Shown here: piece by piece, positions 59,581 through 64,000 of the stretch | How the letters are laid out: every line of letters begins with the position of its first letter | Position numbering within the stretch: position 1 is the first letter of the stretch | Origin: Leptonemataceae bacterium | GTDB taxonomy: Bacteria; Spirochaetota; Leptospiria; Leptospirales; Leptonemataceae | DNA length: 64,000 nucleotides | Direction: 5' to 3' | Assembly (NCBI GenBank): GCA_965227295.1 | Contig: OZ245742.1 | Coordinates: forward strand, 4,000,001-4,064,000 | Program-made: the position numbers and the translations under genes | The notes under the pieces: generated by a model | Databases searched by the model: none | What the model was told of the DNA's origin: nothing | Seen by the model: the letters and a program-made list of their open reading frames with translations, nothing else

Positions 59581-60893
59581 CCGGGCAATTGCTGCTGCAA
59601 AGAATCTTCGGCCTGCCCGGCGATCTCTTCACGACGGCCTCGGCTCGTTTCGTTCGAAGCGTGCAGCTCTACGAATCCAACTTCCTGTGGATGTGCTCCG
59701 TGGGCGGCGCCTTCTTTCCGGTCTACTGGTTCGTCTGGAGTCATGTCTTCCCGCAGCCTTACGAGAACCTGGCGTTACGATCCGTCGGCATGGTCTTAAC
59801 CTTCGGCCTGGCCCTCAGCCGTTACTGGCCGCCCACGTTGCGCGTGCGCTGGCTGGTACCTTACGCCTACGTCACACTCCTGTTCGTGTTCCCGTTTTTC
59901 TTTACGTACATGACACTCATGAACGGGGCCGTGCGGGCCTGGGTCATGTCGGCGCTGGTGGCGTATTTTTTGATGATTCTACTCATCGATTGGATTAATG
60001 TCATTGTGCTGTTCAGTCTGGGTACGGGGGCCGCGTATGCGGCGTTCTACTACGCTACCGACGGTCGGCCCATGCCGCCCGTTTACGTCGAAGACCTGAC
60101 GGTCATCCTGTTTTTGATTGTGATGGGTTCGCTGTTCAACTACCGGGCGGAGATGCTGCGCCGGGAGCGCGCCCGGGCCATGTTCCTGCTCGGCGCGCGC
60201 ATGGCCCACGAGATGCGCACGCCCCTGGCCGGCATCAAGATCGGGGTATCCGGCATTGCCCGGCAACTGGAACGCCTGTTCGAAAAAGCCGGCAAGGAAC
60301 AACGCCGACGGATGGCAGAGTTCGACCATCTGAAGCAGGATATCGTCTCCCAGGCAAACTATGCCGGCACGATCATCGACATGTTGCTTTTGCATACCGC
60401 GCCGGGGCAGAAGCTGGAACCGGATGAACTTGAACCCATCGGGGTTCGGGAAATCGTAGAGACGACTCTGGCCAACTATCCGTTTATTTCGAACGAAGAG
60501 CGGGCCCTGGTGGTCCACGAACCGGGGCCCGACGCCGTCTTCTGCGGTAAGCGGACCCTGGTCATCTGTGTCCTGTACAATCTACTCAAGAACTCACTCT
60601 TCGAAGTGCATACGGCCGGTGACGGAACCATTCGCATCTACGCCGTGCGCAACAGTTCGGAAGGCGTGGTGCACCTGTACGTTCGCGACACCGGGCCGGG
60701 CATCCCGCCGCACGTCTTGCCCCACGTCTTTGATCAGTTCTTCACCACGAAGCGCGGTTTCGAAGGTGCCGGCGTCGGACTCTGGAACGTACGGAACATT
60801 ATGGAAAGCCTGGGCGGTCGCATCTATGTGCGTTCCCAAACCGGCGAGTACGCCGAGTTCGAGCTCGTGTTTCCGTTAAGTGATAAGTGTTAA
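59577..60893 (+). CDS. cqsS: CqsS/LqsS-type alpha-hydroxyketone sensor histidine kinase (no receiver domain)
   Basis: FPVYWFVW...FPQPYENLALR, PFFFTYMTLMN, WVMS, six TMs, H-box AHEMRTPL, NLLKNS, DTGPGI, FFTTK, GVGL. Confidence 0.88.
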   Translation: MTGQLLLQRIFGLPGDLFTTASARFVRSVQLYESNFLWMCSVGGAFFPVYWFVWSHVFPQPYENLALRSVGMVLTFGLALSRYWPPTLRVRWLVPYAYVTLLFVFPFFFTYMTLMNGAVRAWVMSALVAYFLMILLIDWINVIVLFSLGTGAAYAAFYYATDGRPMPPVYVEDLTVILFLIVMGSLFNYRAEMLRRERARAMFLLGARMAHEMRTPLAGIKIGVSGIARQLERLFEKAGKEQRRRMAEFDHLKQDIVSQANYAGTIIDMLLLHTAPGQKLEPDELEPIGVREIVETTLANYPFISNEERALVVHEPGPDAVFCGKRTLVICVLYNLLKNSLFEVHTAGDGTIRIYAVRNSSEGVVHLYVRDTGPGIPPHVLPHVFDQFFTTKRGFEGAGVGLWNVRNIMESLGGRIYVRSQTGEYAEFELVFPLSDKC

Positions 60894-60897
60894 GGTG

Positions 60898-60980
60898 GCA
60901 CAGGAGGTCGAGAGCTTCTGAGACATTGCATTGGCTCTCAAACATTTCAAAAGATCTCTCTATCCCTCTTCCTCCTGTGC
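60898..60980. terminator. Long imperfect hairpin between the convergent cqsS and cqsA genes
   Basis: GCACAGGAGG (60898-60907) and CCTCCTGTGC (60971-60980) form a perfect 10-bp IR. Confidence 0.4.
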
Positions 60981-60985
60981 AAAGC

Positions 60986-62170
60986 TCAAGCCATGCCCGC
61001 AAACGGATCCGGCCACATTTCCGGGCGCACCTGTTCCCGCACACCGACGATCACGGCCTTGATTAACTCCACATCATCCTCACTCAGTGCCGAGTGAAAA
61101 CTGAGGCGTAACAACGTTCGGTCCGGCGGGGTGGTGGGTTTCACGAATACCGCCCCGAAGACGTCGAAGTCTTCGAGGCGATCGCGTAGAAACGTGGTGC
61201 TCTCCTCGGAACCGGCCAGGAGTGGAATGATCGGCGAGGCCGACAGGGCCGCGCAGGTGTAACCCTCCACGATCATATGATTGCGCACGTCCTGGACCAC
61301 CTCGAACAGGCGTTGCCGCCGGTCGTCGGCATCACGCACGATCTCTAACGTACGCTGAATGCGAGCTACGTCGTGGGGTTCGAGCATTGTCGAGAAGATG
61401 GCCGGGCGGGCCTCCCAGGGAAAGTACGAGAGGATGCGCTGCGGTCCGAAGATGACGCCGGCCCGGCTGGCGAAGGCCTTGGCCAGGCTCGCGGTAATGA
61501 AATTGACCCGATCGCTCAGGCCGAGATCGGCCACCAGGCCGGCCCCGTGCGGGCCGAAGAGGCCCAGGGAATGCGACTCGTCCACGACCAGGGTGCAATC
61601 GTAGCGTTCACATACCTCGCAGATTGCCTGTAGCGGGGCCCTGGTCCCCAGGGCGGAGTAGACCGAATCCACCACGACTGTTCCGGAACCGTAGCGGCGA
61701 ATGCGGGACTCCAGGTGATTTACGTCGTTGTGCTTGAACATGCGTGCCGTGGCGCCGGCGCTGTGTGCTCCCTCCCAGAGCGACATGTGTGCAAAACGAT
61801 CGATATAGACCGGCGCCTGCCGGTCGGCAATGGACTGGATCAGGCCGACGTTGGCCGCGTAGCCCGACTGGCAGAGGACCGCAGCGTCCATCTGTACGTA
61901 CTCCGCCAGGCTTTGCTGTAGCCTGGAGTAGGGGCCGTCGTACTCGTTGAGAAAGACCGCCGACATCTGCGGCCCGCTTCCTTCTTCGAGCAATCGCCGG
62001 CTCTGGGCCACCAAAATGGCCGGATGCCGGGACAATGCCAGGTAGTCGTTCGAGTTCAGCAGAATCGAACCACTGCCGGGCACCCGGCCGTTGAAGACGT
62101 TTCCGCCATGCCTGGCGATCCGCGTCTCATAAAACTTATCCACACGCTCTGTCAAAAATTCTGGTAACAT
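60986..62170 (-). CDS. cqsA: CqsA/LqsA-type PLP-dependent alpha-hydroxyketone autoinducer synthase
   Basis: LPEFL N-terminus, SNDYLAL, MSAVFL, QSGYAANVGLIQ, YIDRFAHMSLWEG, VDESHSLG, ITASLAKAF (PLP Lys), PAIFS, FLRDRLE; next to a CqsS-like kinase. Confidence 0.92.
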   Translation of the reverse strand: MLPEFLTERVDKFYETRIARHGGNVFNGRVPGSGSILLNSNDYLALSRHPAILVAQSRRLLEEGSGPQMSAVFLNEYDGPYSRLQQSLAEYVQMDAAVLCQSGYAANVGLIQSIADRQAPVYIDRFAHMSLWEGAHSAGATARMFKHNDVNHLESRIRRYGSGTVVVDSVYSALGTRAPLQAICEVCERYDCTLVVDESHSLGLFGPHGAGLVADLGLSDRVNFITASLAKAFASRAGVIFGPQRILSYFPWEARPAIFSTMLEPHDVARIQRTLEIVRDADDRRQRLFEVVQDVRNHMIVEGYTCAALSASPIIPLLAGSEESTTFLRDRLEDFDVFGAVFVKPTTPPDRTLLRLSFHSALSEDDVELIKAVIVGVREQVRPEMWPDPFAGMA

Positions 62171-62259
62171 AGTTACTAAAAAGCGTTAGATACGTAAGAA
62201 TCTGCCTACGCATTTTCTTATGCAAATATGAAATATACGCATATTTTCGTACAGCAAAA

Positions 62260-62373
62260 TTGCGAGGGTATCTCCCCCTCTGACGCTCCTCGCGCGGCGC
62301 CATCCATGGCTTAGCGCGAGGAGGCGCGGCCTTCCTGGCCGCGTGACTGTCAGAGGGGGAGACACCCTCGCAA
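62260..62373. repeat. 114-bp palindromic element (25-bp terminal IR enclosing two hairpins)
   Basis: TTGCGAGGGTATCTCCCCCTCTGAC / GTCAGAGGGGGAGACACCCTCGCAA (24/25); inner CTCCTCGCGC/GCGCGAGGAG and CGCGGCC/GGCCGCG. Confidence 0.75.
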
Positions 62374-62494
62374 AGGCGGGGGGAATTTCGTGCGGTATTG
62401 TCGTCTTCGGATGTGGCCCGGTAGCCAAATGCCCCCAATCGGAGGGCATCGCTGACAACCATTGACTTATCCCCGTTTTCCGACACACCAAAAT

Positions 62495-63337
62495 TCAAGC
62501 GACCTCTAAATCCTCGAATTGATTCGGGCTCATAAACCCGATGCTACTATGAACCCTCCGGGGGTTGTAGAAGAGTTCGATGAACTCAAACACAGCCTCC
62601 CGGGCATGATCCACATCTACAAACTCGTCCGTGCCGATCCCTTCCTTGAGGATCGAGAAGAACGATTCCACACACGCATTGTCCCAACAGTTCCCCCGCC
62701 GGCTCATGCTTTGCACGATGTTGTGGCGACGGAGTTCCACGCGGAACTCACGCGATGCATACTGCACGCCCTGATCCGAATGGAACATCAGCCCCTTGCC
62801 CGGCTGCCTCGTCTTCACGGCCATATCCAGCGCCGCCACGGCGAGTTGCGCAGGCATACGATCCTGCACGTCCCAACCGATGATGCGACGCGAGAACAGG
62901 TCCATCACAACGCATAGATAGACCCAGCCAATGCGCGTTTTCAGGAACGTGATATCCGAAGCCCAGACACGATTAGGTTGCGCCACGTTGAAGTTACGGC
63001 CGAGCAGATTCGGAGACGCCTTGAAGCGATGATTCGAGTCCGTCGTGCAGACCTTGAATTTTCGCCTTTGTTTCCCGCTGATTCCAGCCTGTTTCATCAG
63101 TCGGTGGATACGTGTTTTGCCCACGTATTCGCCCCAACCGCGCAGGATTTCCCGGATCTTGGCGACGCCGCAGCGACCTTGCTCGTGATAGGCCTGCACG
63201 ATCAAACGCGTAAGTCTGACATCTTCACGATCACGCGCCGACGGTGCACGCTTTACGAAGCGATAGAACGATTTTCGCGAAACCTCAAGTACGCGGGCCA
63301 TGCGACCGATTGGAAACTCCTCGCGATGAGCTTCCAT
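62495..63337 (-). CDS. IS3 OrfB DDE transposase (expressed as OrfAB by -1 frameshift)
   Basis: PNRVWASDIT, HSDQGVQY, SRRGNCWDNACVESFF; slippery A-AAA-AAG at 63385-63379 opens into this frame. Confidence 0.95.
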   Translation of the reverse strand: MEAHREEFPIGRMARVLEVSRKSFYRFVKRAPSARDREDVRLTRLIVQAYHEQGRCGVAKIREILRGWGEYVGKTRIHRLMKQAGISGKQRRKFKVCTTDSNHRFKASPNLLGRNFNVAQPNRVWASDITFLKTRIGWVYLCVVMDLFSRRIIGWDVQDRMPAQLAVAALDMAVKTRQPGKGLMFHSDQGVQYASREFRVELRRHNIVQSMSRRGNCWDNACVESFFSILKEGIGTDEFVDVDHAREAVFEFIELFYNPRRVHSSIGFMSPNQFEDLEVA

Positions 63338-63348
63338 GAACTCGAAAA

Positions 63349-63642
63349 CTACAGTTCTCTCGATAGCATGGCCGCGAACTTTTTTAGGATCGTGTTATCC
63401 ATCTTCAGTTCGGCGTTCTCTTTACGAAGCTGCTCCAGCTCCTCTTCGACGCTGAGCTTGCTGCGCTTCCCTTTGCCTTTTTCTTCTTTGGCCTCTCGAT
63501 CCATATACTCCTTCTTCCACTCACGCAAAGTCCAGTAGCTGATCCCCAGCGACGCCGACACTTCTTTCAGGGTGCGCTCACCCTCCACTACGGCCTTCAC
63601 GGCCTCCTCGCGGAATTCCCGCGGATACCTCTTCTTTTTCAC
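63349..63642 (-). CDS. IS3 OrfA (HTH plus leucine zipper)
   Basis: RYPREFREEAV, LGISYWTLREW, ELEQLRKENAELKMDNTILKK. Confidence 0.95.
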   Translation of the reverse strand: MKKKRYPREFREEAVKAVVEGERTLKEVSASLGISYWTLREWKKEYMDREAKEEKGKGKRSKLSVEEELEQLRKENAELKMDNTILKKFAAMLSREL

Positions 63643-63790
63643 TCTGACCTCCTTATTCAGGACGCCCGATTTAGTGTATCAGTTTTCGGGGATAAGCCAC
63701 ATTGCTAACCAGCGCTAATCACACATTAGCTTTATCAAACCAGACTCTGTGTCCTCTGTGCCTCTGTGGCAAAGGGACACTCAGCCCGGC

Positions 63791-64000
63791 CTAGTTCAGA
63801 CCTTTGCTGAGGGCATAGCGGATGAGGGCGGCTTTGCGATGGATGCCCAGCTTTTGCTTGATGTGCTCGATGTGCTTGTTGACCGTCGTGTAGGAGATGC
63901 CCAGTTCGGTGCCGATCATCTTGGACGAGTGCCCCTGGGCCACACAGATGAGCACCTGGAGTTCGCGGTCGGAGAGCGTGGCGAGCTGGCCTTCGCGGCG
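63791..64000 (-). CDS. LuxR/NarL-family HTH regulator, C-terminal part (5' end outside the window)
   Basis: Manual translation: ...LATLSDRELQVLICVAQGHSSKMIGTELGISYTTVNKHIEHIKQKLGIHRKAALIRYALSKGLN*. Confidence 0.92.
   Translation of the reverse strand, partial: RREGQLATLSDRELQVLICVAQGHSSKMIGTELGISYTTVNKHIEHIKQKLGIHRKAALIRYALSKGLN

Larger units (their letters stand above)
62463..63699 (-). mobile_element. IS3-family insertion sequence, 1237 bp, apparently intact
   Basis: TG...CA ends; imperfect 26-bp IRs TGACTTATCCCCGTTTTCCGACACAC / TGGCTTATCCCCGAAAACTGATACAC; 3-bp target duplication CAT (62460-62462, 63700-63702). Confidence 0.96.

Noticed and set aside
60986..62170. Annotation as BioF (8-amino-7-oxononanoate synthase) or Kbl
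   Set aside because: Same fold, but AHMSLWEG, DESHS and TASLAK (rather than NHASIIDG, DDAH and TLGK) plus the adjacent CqsS-like kinase fit CqsA/LqsA; no biotin genes are nearby.

Overview
GC-rich bacterial chromosomal window. The gene set suggests a spirochete of the Leptospiraceae/Leptospirales type (inference from spirochete-like lipoproteins, many TPR proteins, a GpsA-acyltransferase fusion and an McsB-like gene before clpC). Most of it is housekeeping: sulfate assimilation (cysN partial, cysD, cysH, cobA), dapD, ugd, lolCE/lolD, mcsA/B-like-clpC, mtaB, miaB, a CIRCE-controlled hrcA-grpE-dnaK-dnaJ operon, an RND pump, an MCP, ArsM and a soluble-adenylyl-cyclase-like STAND protein. Three things stand out. 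(1) At the right end is an alpha-hydroxyketone quorum-sensing locus: a CqsS/LqsS-type sensor kinase convergent with a CqsA/LqsA-type synthase. A LuxR/NarL-type HTH gene lies upstream of the synthase, separated by an intact IS3 with a 3-bp target duplication, and both promoter regions share a TACGCA-N6-CGTA box. (2) At 46.85-47.72 kb is an ~870-bp non-coding tandem array of structured units with compensatory changes, which shares a 33-bp tract with a frameshifted gene 6 kb away. (3) At least two families of ~100-120-bp palindromic intergenic elements occur (5 and 3 copies); one is built from cGNAg mini-hairpins typical of single-stranded DNA. No CRISPR array, rRNA or tRNA was recognised. All homology calls come from motif recognition, not database searches.
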